A stretch of 62,562 nucleotides of DNA, filler included, from Rhabdomonas costata (GCA_019059605.1; 29 parts of 29 records of this genome joined end to end with filler, not necessarily neighbours in it), one strand, 5' to 3'. Shown: positions 1-12,484, counted from the first letter of the whole stretch. The notes: generated by a model not told the origin, from the sequence alone. Made by a program: numbers and translations.

Positions 1-537
1 TTGTTTGGGTGTTACTAAAACGGTTCCACAAGTGTGCCTTTCATCATAAAATGAAGTGAGTTCTTCTCTTCTGCTTTTTTTCCCGCTCTTTCCTCTGGCT
101 GCCTTTCGGTGCTACGTTCACGGGCGCACATGTATCGTCTCCTCACCTCCTCACCGATTATTCAACCACGACTTTCGGTGATGCTCAGCTGCTCATGGGG
201 TTTTGCATTGTGCTTTTGTGTCATCGAGCGCACTCCCTGCCGTGGATGTTGAGGAGAACTTGCCCGACTCTCTTGCTCCGGAATGGCAACTGTGAATTTA
301 CAATCTCAACTGAAACCGCTTAGGCTGCATACCGAAGGGTCTGAAGCGGTCCGACCCTAAACTAACCACCTAACTACTCTTATAACTATTCCGAAATTTT
401 TACGAAAAAAGGAAAATGTGTATAAAAAACAAATTTCAATTCCTGCTGAAAGCGTTTCTGGGAGGGGATGGAAATTAGGTTAAGCTGAGAAAAAGCAAAG
501 CGTGCCCCATGGGGTGCTGTGGTTTGTGGTGACGCAG

Positions 538-1615
538 GAAAAAAGGACAACGCCCTGGGGGTGAAGCGGATTGACCAGATGTTCACTGACGCCGTGCAGA
601 AGGAGTTCCAGCTCACGCACTGCGATCCACGCAGGAACCGGTGCGTGGCTTGATTGTGCAATCCAAACAACCATGGGTCGAGGATCTGTGCCGACAAGGG
701 GAGGAAGGCCATGGCTTGCCTTGGGAGGGGGTGTCGTCACATCCTGCACAAATTTCCTAGAAGAGGACCGGATGGGGCCCAACGGAGAGCAACGAGAGAA
801 GGTGCAGCTTCCCCGTCAAAAGCTCACCCTTGCCGCATATGCATGATTTGAAATCAGGCTTGTTGTTCTGTTGCAGCAACAGTTAAGCTATCCTTCTCTG
901 CGGGCCTTCGGACCAGCGCCGACTGGCAGGGGATCCAATTCATGCTGGGATTGTGGTGGACAGGACAGGACAGGACAGGACAGGACAGGACAGGATGGCA
1001 GCACCTGAAAAGATATGATGAATGTATGAATAGACTAGGTAGCCTGGACTGTCAGGCTAGTACCAATGGTAGTCCTCCTGAGTTGAGGTGGAGGTAAATT
1101 TCCATCATTATAGTGCATTAAAGGATTTTTTGGCCTTGGCTGAGACCTTTTTGAATTTGCCACATTTCCAAGGGTCTGTGTGTTCCTGGATTTTGGAGTT
1201 TTTTTTACCGTCGTTTCCAACATACGCCCCGGTGGTCACTCAAGAATATCCGGTTTTTTTTTGTGTGGGTCCCATCGAAGGTATCTCGCCGCCGCCTTCC
1301 TTGTGCGGGGCCGGGACGTCACCGTGGCTGACCTGCAGCGCAACGTGCAGAAGATGCACACCAAGCTGGATATGATTTATTGGAACAAGGAGGGTCGTTT
1401 GTGCGAGAGTGATCCCGCTTTCAGCATTTGGGACAGGCATTTTAAGCATCTGATACGTGATAAGAATTGCATGCGTTTCGTTGTGCCATTCTTTTTCATA
1501 AAAAAGGCTTTAAGCTTGGGCTCTGCGCGGTGCCCCCGATCGGGCAGCCATTCTCGCTGTTATGCTTGGCTAACAACTGCGTGATCAGTGAGACCTTGCA
1601 GGACCTTTCCGATCG
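538..1615 (+). CDS. TUBE1: Epsilon-tubulin, partial; exons 538-640, 1281-1393, 1507-1615
   Basis: Spliced at GT-AG borders: KRIDQMFTDAVQKEFQLTHCDPRRNR-YLAAAFLVRGRDVTVADLQRNVQKMHTKLDMIYWNKEG-FKLGLCAVPPIGQPFSLLCLANNC. This matches my recollection of the epsilon-tubulin C-terminal half (LDQMFSDAF...YLACALMVRG...SLCSVPP...LLALANN). Confidence 0.85.
958..994. repeat. (GGACA)n pentamer microsatellite inside a tubulin intron
   Basis: About 7 tandem copies, directly visible. Confidence 0.9.
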
Positions 1616-2063
1616 GTTTCGTCCAACCCCCACCCCCTTCCTCCCTGCCCGCTCCCCTTCACACTTCCTGCGGATCTCAAACGGAGTTTAAAGCACTACA
1701 ACTATTTCTATAGCCTGCACTCTGCTTCCCTCCCTCCCATTCTGCAGCTCGCGAACACGGACATCGCTATGCGCGTCATACTCATATGTCTCGTTTCGGG
1801 AAGCGGGAAGTTTGAGATCAGGAAAAAGGCGCTTTAACTCGTCCAGGGCCGTTCTAAGGCGGACACCCAACAGTGGTGTGCGAGGTCAACAAGCGGATGT
1901 CTCAGACATGATGAAGAACTGCCTTAGGGCCAAACGTAGAGCCGAATCGTCGCAAGTTTTGCACCCACCCACATACACACGCACACTCTCTCTCAGCTCT
2001 TACCCTCTCTGCACCCCAAAACCGCAGCTGTATGCGGCTGTACTCGGTGAGAGACCCACACAA

Positions 2064-2163
2064 NNNNNNNNNNNNNNNNNNNNNNNNNNNNNNNNNNNNN
2101 NNNNNNNTTAATTAATTAANNNNNNNNNNNNNNNNNNNNNNNNNNNNNNNNNNNNNNNNNNNN
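2064..2163. other. Artificial contig-joining linker (first of 28)
   Basis: N-run + TTAATTAATTAA (stops in all six frames) + N-run, recurring about every 2.16 kb. Confidence 0.99.
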
Positions 2164-5100
2164 GGTTTGGTGTTTCAGCTTTAATTGGAAGTCATTCTGT
2201 CTTCGTTTGCACGGAAAATGAGCAGCAATTATGATGGAGGGAGGAACGCGTCCATCACAATCCAACGAGGACATACAGGCTAAAAGGAACTTTAATGAGA
2301 ACCATACGGACCCCACAGAGAAACCTCAACGGAAGAGATGAACGGTGCTTTTAATGGGCACCGAATAACTGAAGTTTCGCGAGTACAAGGAATGCCAAGG
2401 TCATAGTCCCACGGATTCCGCATCAGAAAGGTGAAAATGAGATACAAAGAGTGTCGTGTGTGTGTTTTTGCCAAGGTATGCATGTGCAAACCTTCAGTTT
2501 TGGTTGACTGAAAAAAAAAAGTCGAAAAAAACAGAACTCGTATGCATCAACATTTCGTAAGTTTCGCCTCCAATCAAGTATGACCCTGCCACGCCACTGC
2601 AAGACCTGAATCCTTTTCAAAACGGCATCAAAGACTGGCCGCTCTAACCACAGATTAGCACAGACCGTCTAGACTTGGGTTTCCGAGCCGCCCGTTCAAG
2701 AACACCCGGAGCGGCCGCGAGGCAGCCACAGGGGAAGGCTGAGACAGCTCATAGTCCGTGCCGTCTTCTCCAGACATTCCTCTTTCGCTGAAATTCAAAA
2801 GGCAGAGGGAAAGCAGGAAACCAAAGATTACAAAAAAAAAATGAAGCACAAAAGAGGGCGATAAGCTGTTGGCCGCGGCTGCAAGTGGCGGTAACCCAAG
2901 TGGGAAAACGTGGGCAGAGGGAATAGGAACACGTATGATTGTGATACCGATACTGGCACAAAGGCACAACGACAAATCAAAGACCTCACGTATCACGCCA
3001 ACATTTGCCCGGTGAGCTGCAGGCCCGTGCAAGCATGTATGAAGTCAGCTCGAGAGCCCCACACAGTCATGTCACATGCAGGCCAGCTGAAAAGCGCAGC
3101 ACCAGAGCAAAGCCGTTGACGCACATGTTTCGTGGAGCATTGAATCTCAGTCAGAATCGCTGCAACAGGGCGAGGGGGGGCAAGACTCAGCATGGTCGAA
3201 AACCCGCAGTCGAGAATGGTGGGTGGACCCGACGAGCCAGAAAATCCTGCAGAATAATCTCTATCATACAGGCCACACAGCGCTTGACAGGTTCTAAACA
3301 AAAAAGAATGGTACTTCGTTGCACAGGAGTAGAGTAGCTTTCTATTGCACAATGAACACTGCAGCAACAGCAACAGGGACAAAGCAGGCCACCTCTTTTC
3401 CAGAAACTTTCACACGAGTGACATATCCTTAAAACCATTCCCCACGGGAGCTCAGGAATTTGCCCGTTCACGCCTTGCGCCAAAGTCTGCACTGCTGCCC
3501 CCAGAGAAGCGCAAGCCCTCACGCCAGCATTGGTGCAGAGGTAGGCGAGAGTGACAGCGCTGTGACTCCACTCAAATGAAGCGGAGGTTGTGGTGAAGAG
3601 AAGGCCGGCAGGGCCCCACCAGAGGCGTTTGTGGGCACTGGGGCAGTAAACTCCTCTGTTTGGGCCCACAGCACCTGCTGCAGCCGTGCCACCAGCTGGT
3701 CCCGGGAGAGGGTGGAGCTTGGGCCGGTGACCGCAGGGTCAGCCAGCATTTCCTCAACGTCTCGTAGCCTGCATGCGCGCAAGCGCGTACGGTTTACAAA
3801 ATGCAGCGTCATCAGCTGACCACTGAAAAATAGTAACAAAAAGAGACTAGACATTCCACAAATGGCGCCAGCTCAGGCACTGGTTCCCGGCCTGTGGTAA
3901 CTAAAGATTCGAATTCTGGTCGTTGGGGTGCATTGCGCACCCCCACACCAAGAACAAGAACAGCAGCTTTTGCGGAAGGAAACAGCGGGACTAAAATGCA
4001 AACCTACCCACACGAGGTGCAGCCACAAACTGGAGGGTAAAATGAAGTATTAAGAACCACCGTAATCACCATCGCCGGTGGTGGTGTCCCTTGAGGCTCT
4101 TTCGTAACCCTTTTATTTGTAACCCTTTTGCGCCGCTCGGTGCCACACGCAGCGGAGGATTTACGACAGCACCCACAACGTATAACAAAAGAACCACCCA
4201 CCCCTCACCCAACGCCGAAAGGGGCANNNNNNNNNNNNNNNNNNNNNNNNNNNNNNNNNNNNNNNNNNNNTTAATTAATTAANNNNNNNNNNNNNNNNNN
4301 NNNNNNNNNNNNNNNNNNNNNNNNNNGAGGCGGAGGTAAGGGTGGGGGTGGGAATTTCACTGCCTTGCAGTTCTGTTGTTTCTGTTGGCGTGGGGACATT
4401 TCTCTGGCGGGAGGAAGGTGTTGTGTGTGATTTTTTCACAAGCTCGCGCCGCCTTCTTCGGCACGTTTTTGTTGTCCACCCGTGGTGCGTGCTTCTGCGT
4501 GTGGTTTTAGTGAAATCTTTCTCGGGGACGGGAAGCCCTAGGTGGCCATTCTGCGGCTTGATATCATTCCCTTTCCCGTTGGGCTCAGTGCAAAAAACTC
4601 ATGGTGCGGGCCAGGCGGCCGCCTCGGTCACAAACCGAACCAAAGGAGACGCAAAGACTCCTTCCTCGTGTTGCTGGGATGGCATCCCGCGCGTGCCTCT
4701 CCCTGTGTGCTGCTCCTTGCTCTTCGGCGTGCAGTCCGTCCTTTCTCAAGCCCTCCAAAGAAAGAGTATGTGGGCCGTGGTGGCGGCTTTCGGGCCGGGG
4801 GGGCATCTGTCAAAAGTGGACTTCCCCAGCTTCCAGGAGACGTGGAATACAAAATCTTACCACGGTTAGAATGACTTGGGTTTAACCGTTTATGTACTTT
4901 ACCACTTCGTTGGCTGGTGGGGCTGCTGGTATGTAGTGTCGGCGGTGGCCTCTTTATGAGCAACAAGAAAAGAGTGAACAGTGAAGGGATGAGACTCAAC
5001 AGCGGTTTTCATTCCAGTAGTGCGGTAGAATTGCAATGAATGCAACGGATGCCATTGGTTGGCTAATGGCGTTAGCAAACCAAGCGGAAAAAAACAAACC

Positions 5101-6583
5101 CGTTAGTTGCGCACTAGAGAGAAGAAAAGGAATGGTATGCTGAGTTACGCCGCTGCTAGCTGCTGCCCGATGAAGTCGTTGGGTCGGTAGGTCGCATGAA
5201 AACTGGCAGCTGAACAACGGAAATAGCAATCAAAAGCTCTGAGACAACGCACCGTCGACAAGGTAGAAAATAGTGTGCCAACGGGGTGGTGGTCGTAGGC
5301 AGCCTGACGGGCCGAAGGACAGGGGTTTAGTCCAGGCTTGACGCTTGACTGTGATAGCGTCTATGGTTTTCCTCAAGGACTCCCGGGGTCAATCCGGTGT
5401 GACGAGAAACACTCTGGCGTTGTCTTGGCAGATGTGATCCAAAAACAATGGATATGAGTGACCATGGGTGTTTATCGTAAAAAGCGACGTCCGGGTACTG
5501 TCCGGTCCAGATCACCCAGGTGTTCCACATCCAGAGAAAAAGGGGAAAAGTCACATGCGTGGGATACAGACATTTTCCAGAGGTATCCAGGGTGCCATTT
5601 TGTCAAGGGTCAGCTGAGACAGAAGTCGAATCTCGGCCCCTCGTGAGCCAGCTCCTGGCCAGGTCATGGGTCAGGCAATATATCAACCAGCTGGGCGAGA
5701 AGGCGAGCAGAGCAGGGCGAGGTGAGAGAGGGAAGGCCAGCAGAGAGACAGTGGGGAAGACCCAGGGCGAGGCAGAGAGCCAGGCCAAGGGAGGGAAGTC
5801 GCGTGGAAGGAGGTAGCCAGCACACGACCCGACCGCATTAGAAATCCACAGGGTGTGTTCCAGGGTTCCAGCGGAAGAAAGTTGCGTCCTCACCTTTCTC
5901 CCGAGTTTTCACAGGTCAGGCGGATTTCGAGATTTCGTCCTGACTACCCTGGTGCCCTTGAACGCTAAGAACTACGAGAATTACAGAGAGAGGTCCTTGA
6001 TTAGGTTTTTGTACATTGCGTGATTCCTTTAATGCGGAATTAAACCTAACAGGTCGCTTTTTGTTTGAATTTGTGTTGTGTTTCGCCTTTAATTGTGTTT
6101 TTGCAGAGGAGGTGCAGCAGAACCACAGCGGAACCGCAGGCGAGAGCCGCGGAGACCCGAGGCACCAGCAGAGGGAGAGGGTGGAAAAAGGGTGTGGCGT
6201 TAGTGCGGTGAACACAGGACAGGGTGTGTGCGTGCGGTCGCGTGCCCCTTCCACAGCCTTTCTTTGGGTGGGAGATTGGGGAAATGCATAAGCGGCGAGA
6301 CCCGCCCAGCGAAACCCCTCCACAGCCCAGAAGGTGTGGGCACCAAGGCCCGGCCAAGAGACCCCCCCACTGTGCCTAAAGCAGCCCTCACGANNNNNNN
6401 NNNNNNNNNNNNNNNNNNNNNNNNNNNNNNNNNNNNNTTAATTAATTAANNNNNNNNNNNNNNNNNNNNNNNNNNNNNNNNNNNNNNNNNNNNGTGTTGG
6501 GTGTGGTTGGTTGTGGTTTTCCGTGTTTGTATTCGTGCGGCCGCCCTGAGCCTTTGCCGATTCCTTTTTTGTCTTGTTGTCAG

Positions 6584-8457
6584 GGACTCTGTGATCAAGA
6601 GGATGCAGTTCATGCACAGCTGCATGGAGGAGATCAAGGACTCCTTTGATGTCTACGTGGGGATCTTTTTCGTTAAGATGCTCTGCTTCCTGCCGCAGAC
6701 ACTGATGGAGCTGGTGTGTTGCTATTCTACGTGCACCTGCTTGTCTTTGTCCCACCAGGGCTGCTCCAGGAATCTCACTCGAACCCGTTGCAAAGCAGGC
6801 ATTCCGAAAATTTGGCCTTTCAAGACTTTCGCGTGGGCTTTGTTTGGCGGGGTGTCTGGAAAGTGTTTGCTGGGTTATCTTAAATTTCCTTCCGATGAGC
6901 AGGTCTTCAGGTCCACCCGCAAATCATATCACTGAAATCAAGAAACAATAAATAATCGAAAATAAACGCAAGTTCGTTCTTTTGCGCTGCGTCCAACGAC
7001 TGACGGGTGCGGTATTGTATCCTCACGTGTTGTCTTTTGGTCGCTCTTTTCTCTGTCTTTTGTTAGGCTGTGCGGTACTACTGCCGGTTCGCGTCGATGG
7101 TGATCACCAATGTGATTGTCAACGAGAAGCCCGTGTACATTGCCGGGAGCCACTTGAAGGAGATGCAGTTCTGGGTGCCCTCCGCCGGAGGGATCGGAGT
7201 CGGGGCATGCCTCGTCCCCGCCACCCCTCCCCCCGTCTCCGTCTTGTCAGCGTTTCTTTCGACTGTGATGGGATCGACTTGCGTGAGAGAGAGAGGGGGG
7301 GGAGCTTTGCATTTCGTCAAACGATGCGACTTGATGAGGCCTGCGGAATCGCGTCAGTTCAAGTCAGCTCATTTCCTCTGTGGTGTCCCGACATTCCCAT
7401 GAGTGTACGTACCAGAAAAGTGAACCTCTCACCCTGACTTTGTTTTCGCCGCTGGAGTGCAGACCTGCATATATTTGTTAAAGACCACTCAGGCTTATCT
7501 CGTGATGAGAAGATAAACCAAAGGCCACATGAATAATCGGCAGCCACTGCCTCGGTGTTGAAGAAATGACTCACTCCCATCGCATTCAAAAAGATCTGAA
7601 GCCGTCGTAGAACGAGAAGATGAAGTACGCTGCGCCACTTGAGAGCGCTTGACACTCTGTCCGTCTGAAAGCATTCGGGGCTGGGGTTGGGGGGAAGACA
7701 CTTTCATTCCACCCGCTGCATGGAGCCCCAACCGTGGCCGCCACTATGCATAGGTCGGTGTGGCGTCGTTCTTCGGCACTGAGGAAAAATAGGGACATCA
7801 GAGTGAGGCATCGCCTGCCCTTCGGTCCTGCCCGAATTGGGCTCTGGCTACGGACGTCTGGCTAGGACTTGGGAATCGCCTAGTGAATGGTGTTCCTACC
7901 GGCGCTTTTACGGGTTGACCCCTGAATAATGGCTGTCCGCTGGTCAGGAGGCTGGCAAATGAGGCAAGATGGACGTGTTTTTTTTAACATTATGTAGCCT
8001 TGTTGGTGTTCCCAGTTCCGCTGACTCAACACTGCAGCTGGGCCGACTCGCACGCTGCACTTCCGTCCTTCCAGCAAAAAGTGTCCCCGGTGCGAGTCGC
8101 AGCCGGCGCAGTCGAGTTGCTCCGTTTCTAGGTGGGCATAAAAACCCTGGCCGCGATGTTGACGTATCTTCAATGTTCGTTTTTCTTCCGTACGCTGTCC
8201 CCCTTCCCCCAACACGTCCTTTTGAAGCAGCGGACCTCGCCAGTGCACCACCCCCGAACTCTCAGGTCTCCATCCTGTCCTACATGGGTGGGATCACGGT
8301 GTGCCTGGTGGCCGACGAGAAGCAAGTCCCCGACCTTCCCATTCTGCTCCGGTGCTTCCAGGAGGAGTGGACCGACATGAAGCGGGTTATTCCGGCTCCT
8401 GCCAGCCCTATCTCCCCCTCCACCGATGGCGGAATGAGCTCGCCGGTGTCGTCGTAG
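6584..8457 (+). CDS. Wax ester synthase/diacylglycerol acyltransferase (WS/DGAT, WSD) C-terminal region; exons 6584-6713, 7067-7204, 8266-8457
   Basis: SMVITNV...PVYIAGSHLKEMQFWVPSAGGIGVG|VSILSYMGGITVCLVADEKQVPD fits the WS/DGAT C-terminal pattern (TNVxGP..lyiaG..FWVP..G.G.G.SILSY.G). Confidence 0.8.
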
Positions 8458-8987
8458 AGCCCTTCAGCGGGCGCCCATTTGTTTTAAAGCTGCTTCTCCC
8501 TTACATTCCCACAGCACCGGTTAAGCTGTGCCCCCCGACATCCCCTCCCCAACACCNNNNNNNNNNNNNNNNNNNNNNNNNNNNNNNNNNNNNNNNNNNN
8601 TTAATTAATTAANNNNNNNNNNNNNNNNNNNNNNNNNNNNNNNNNNNNNNNNNNNNGTGTGTGTGTGCGTGCGTGCGTGCGTGCGTGCGTGCATCAGAGT
8701 TTACGTCAGGTTCTACCTTCTGCAGAGGAAAATCTGATTCTCACCACGAGATGGAAACCACCCAGCAACGTTTCGCGCGCTGCGGTAGCAAACGACGAAT
8801 CCAAAGGGACGCGAAGGGTAAAGAAGAGATGCACTGTTCGCGTGGCAATGGATTGGCAAACAAAGGCGAGAGAAGATCGGGCCCGATCATGTGTGTGGTG
8901 CAGCGATGTGCCATATGTATGGTCCACGTTACTTGCCCTTTCTATCTCGCTGGATACCCTTGCAAGAAGTCTTTGTCTTCTCTCAGC

Positions 8988-9191
8988 TAATTACGCTGGC
9001 CCATGTCATGATGTTCATCTGGGAGGTGGCCATCCTTCCCGAGGATTACATTCCCGGGGTGCAGCGGTACGTCTACCACAAGGGCCAGATGACTACCCCA
9101 ATCGTGGAGTACATCACGTGGGAGGGCTGGCCCGTCACCGTGGCCAACATCAGCAACCGGTGGTACTACCTCCCCTTCAACCCACACCAGG
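8988..9191 (+). CDS. Internal exon, partly hydrophobic; probably an upstream part of the cyclase gene on this contig
   Basis: AG/GT borders and GC3-rich codons; LITLAHVMMFIWEVAILPEDY...PFNPHQ. Confidence 0.5.
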
Positions 9192-10323
9192 TTTGTGTCC
9201 TCGAAGTGTGCTCCTGCCGATGCTTTATCTGTGTGCGAGAGAGTGTGTTCTCTCACCATAACGGCTCTTTCGGTTGGCATGCTCTGTTCTTGCATTGTTG
9301 CGCAATCCACCCGTTGGCGCCTCGCCCACCTTTGTTATCATACATCCTTCCAATACTCGTTTCTCTAATAACCTGGGCAAGGTGATGTTCAAAGTGGAAG
9401 GAGAAGCCAAGTGGGCTACTCTCTGTGCAACACAAATTTTGCTTACGTGAACCCAAGTCACTGACACAATCAGGCGTGCGCACACGCACACACACAGATC
9501 CTGCCATGCCGCGCCTCCTCCGTGATATGAGTGGACGCCATCCCCTATTAGCCTTCCTGCACAATTTTTCCTGCATATTTTTTTTGACTTGACTGTCACT
9601 TTGTTTTCTGTAATCGGTTTTCTTTACTCAAATGTAAATGTTTCTCCTTTTCTGCTTATCAGATTAGTTTCTTCTTCCTCTCAATGTTTGCATTCCATCT
9701 AAAACAGAAACTGAACATTTCCTGACCTCAGAACATGCCAAAAAAAAAGCAAGAATTTGTCTTCCGGATAGCCGCCATCAGACGGGACTCAGCACTTGCA
9801 CTTGCACTGGTGGTTTCGTGCACGTGCAGGGGCGCCGCCAAAAAGAACACGGAAATTCCGGCGACAATACCCGGAAATACCGAAACCCACCAGAAAAGAA
9901 TGCAAAGAGTAATTACCGAAAAAAAAAACTTCAGCTGAGTTCCGTATTACGCTGTGCGTGTAGGCCCCCGCTCCTTCAGGTTGTCCGTGCTCGTGTATTT
10001 CTGGTTTTCTGGTTTTTGTTTTCCTCCGGGTTTGGGGCTTAGTTATTATCTTGGCCGTAGCCACGCTGTGAATGCGCTGCCAATGTGCGCGTGAGTGTTT
10101 GTGTGGCCGTCAGAAGCTGCGGAACTCGCGCTGAACCTCTGTGGATGAGAAAATCCCGCTTCCCCTTGGACCTGAATGTGGAGACAGCCACCGGCACAAG
10201 AAGGAGGGGCTTTTTTGTTTGCTCTTATTTGTTGGCTCCGGGTGCCTCCTGTGTCCCGTTTTGGTGCATTCTTTAGCGGTTGTTGAAATGAAGAAAACTG
10301 GGGGGGTTTCCGTTCCCTGGCAG

Positions 10324-10537
10324 GAAAATCGTTTCTGTGATGGTAACGGACATCTCTGGGTTCAACGACCTGGCCAACACCATGGCCACGGAGGAGCTTC
10401 TGGTGATGCACAGCAGTTACGTCACCGTTCTGGAGGACGTCGGGAAGGCCACGAAGGGCACCGTGCAGAGCCTTGTGGGGGACCGTGTGATCCTGAGCTG
10501 GAACGCGGCGTCTTCGGTGGCGGCCCATGCGACGGAG
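10324..10537 (+). CDS. Class III adenylate/guanylate cyclase domain exon (N-terminal half)
   Basis: VSVMVTDISGFNDL...GTVQSLVGDRVILSWNA contains both metal-binding Asp motifs; AG/GT borders. Confidence 0.8.
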
Positions 10538-10819
10538 GTGCAGCCGACATTTTCTGTGTCTGTTGTCTGTGTCCCGTAAGTCGGCATCTCTGAATCTTGG
10601 AACGTGCGTCTGTACTGCATGTATGTTCGCGCGGGCTTTGCAATTGCTTTCATTTGTCTTTGCATTGGTTTGCGTTTTTTGCATAACTTTTTTGATCGGC
10701 CCTTGCACCCATCCCCCCCNNNNNNNNNNNNNNNNNNNNNNNNNNNNNNNNNNNNNNNNNNNNTTAATTAATTAANNNNNNNNNNNNNNNNNNNNNNNNN
10801 NNNNNNNNNNNNNNNNNNN

Positions 10820-10946
10820 TACTTTTGCCGTTGGCCTGTGTTACTGCTTTATGTTTTTACGTGTTAAAAAACATATAAAAATATAATTAGTATAGATGCA
10901 ATTATATTATATATTTATAAAAATTGAAATTTAATTATATTGTAAT
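10820..10946. repeat. 127-bp exact direct repeat, copy 1 (copy 2 at 12735-12861)
   Basis: Base-by-base identity read from the sequence. Confidence 0.95.
10920..10927 (+). promoter_or_regulatory. AAAATTGA Mimiviridae-type early promoter motif for ORF A
   Basis: Exact octamer in AT-rich context, about 125 nt upstream of ATG 11053. Confidence 0.6.
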
Positions 10947-11052
10947 GTTTATAATCACATGTAATAGCACTGTAAGCGAGGATTCGATTTTGGCTTCTTG
11001 CTTTTGCTTACAACAGGCGATCGTCATCTGCTTTTTAACTAAGCATTCAACA

Positions 11053-11458
11053 ATGTCTCGCACTTACGTGATTTCCAGCCGCAATGGCGGAAAACAGAAT
11101 ATTGTTGTCACGGTCGGAGATGATGAAGAGCAAGTTCATGAGTATGAACTTGGCAGCGACACTGACACTGACACTGACAGTGAAAGCGAGAATGATGTAA
11201 GCGACAGTGGGAGCAGCCTGACCAACGAAGAAGACATATGTTTGGTTGAATTTCCCGATTGTTGCTCTGGTTGCTATTCTGACTACTGTCAGGACTGCAA
11301 CAATAGAGCTTTGCCTGATCTGCGGATGTTCTTGTTGTTCATCCGTTCCATGTGACGAATGCGCGCAGCTGAAGATCAATCGACAAATTGAGCAGGACAA
11401 ACTTGCTCTGGAACGAGCCCAGAATCGGCGAGCTCTCCGCGTTCTTTATTCGTTTTAA
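11053..11458 (+). CDS. Cassette ORF A: acidic tract, CxxC-rich region and predicted coiled coil; apparent +1 frameshift near 11300
   Basis: MSRTYVISS...DTDTDTDSESE...CSGCYSDYCQDC continues in the +1 frame as TIELCLICGCSCCSSVPCDECAQLKINRQIEQDKLALER; the unshifted frame stops at 11355. Confidence 0.65.
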
Positions 11459-11517
11459 AGCATGGAGATGCAAGCTCAAGAGGTTTCGCTGCACTGTACT
11501 CAGTATGAGCTTTGTAA

Positions 11518-11691
11518 TGTATATAGAGGAAGATTCTATACATTCTTCCCACGATTCGACTTTTTCGTTTGCCTTTGGCCTGCGCCGTGCTGCTGCCTGC
11601 TATGCTATTGCTACTGCTAGCTCTGCTGTGTGCTACTGCTACTGCAAGGACTTATGTTTTTGTGTGTTAAAGAACACATAAAATCATAAGT
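11518..11691 (+). terminator. Conserved 3' element of cassette A ending in a hairpin (11650-11691, loop AAAG)
   Basis: Homologous to 12181-12361; ACTTATGTTTTTGTGTGTT-aaag-AACACATAAAATCATAAGT. Confidence 0.65.
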
Positions 11692-11729
11692 TTTATTAAA
11701 AATTATACTTGTACATCATTTAATGTATA

Positions 11730-11737
11730 AAAATTGA
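11730..11737 (+). promoter_or_regulatory. AAAATTGA early promoter motif for ORF B
   Basis: Exact octamer about 85 nt upstream of ATG 11821. Confidence 0.6.
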
Positions 11738-11820
11738 AAAATAAGTTGTTTACATATCTCATAATTATAAACAATATCACTTGATGCTTTGGTTCGAAAC
11801 TTTGAATCAAAGCTTTGACA

Positions 11821-12117
11821 ATGCCGACGAACACAAATGAGTACATGCTAAACGTTGTTGAACCCACGGTTAACGAGCAGAAAGAAGTTGTAATCAACAA
11901 TGTTGCAGTAAAGCCTGGCGAGATGCCCGGCGAGAAGCCAGACGAGATGATCGTCGAAATGTCCGGCGAAATGTCCGGCGAGATGCCCGACGAGATGCTA
12001 GACGTGATGCCTGGCGAGAATTGCTTTTTGTGCGACAATGCAATGCAGCTCGTGGCCGAAAATACTTACTGCTGCGCCACGTGCGGAATCACGGCCCTTG
12101 TCGGTCCTGTATATTAG
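11821..12117 (+). CDS. Cassette ORF B: tetrapeptide (PGEM-like) repeats and a C-terminal zinc-ribbon-like motif
   Basis: KPGEMPGEKPDEMIVEMSGEMSGEMPDEMLDVMPGE followed by CFLC-x13-CATC. Confidence 0.7.
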   Translation: MPTNTNEYMLNVVEPTVNEQKEVVINNVAVKPGEMPGEKPDEMIVEMSGEMSGEMPDEMLDVMPGENCFLCDNAMQLVAENTYCCATCGITALVGPVY

Positions 12118-12180
12118 TTTGGACCAAGTATCGCGGTCAGTAAGTACTTTTGTAGTATGTACTGTATCTTGTAGACTTTC

Positions 12181-12361
12181 TGTATATAGAGGAAGAATAT
12201 ATATCATCTTCCCACGATTCGACTTTTTCTTTTTTGCCTTTGGCCTGTGCCGTGTCTTTGCTGTTCTGTGCCTCTGCTGCTCTGTGTGCCTCTGCGCGAC
12301 TGTGTGCTACTGCTAGAACTTATGTTTTTGTGTGTTATCTAACACATAAAAACAATAAGTT
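12181..12361 (+). terminator. Conserved 3' element of cassette B ending in a hairpin (12317-12361, loop ATCT)
   Basis: AACTTATGTTTTTGTGTGTT-atct-AACACATAAAAACAATAAGTT. Confidence 0.65.
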
Positions 12362-12484
12362 ATACAAAAAGTTGAAAATTGGTTACATTCTAAATCTCAT
12401 GAATACATTTAATAGCACTGAATCCGAGGATTCATTTTACATTCTTGGCTTTTTCGATCAACTTGCATTCTCAGTCACTGTGCA

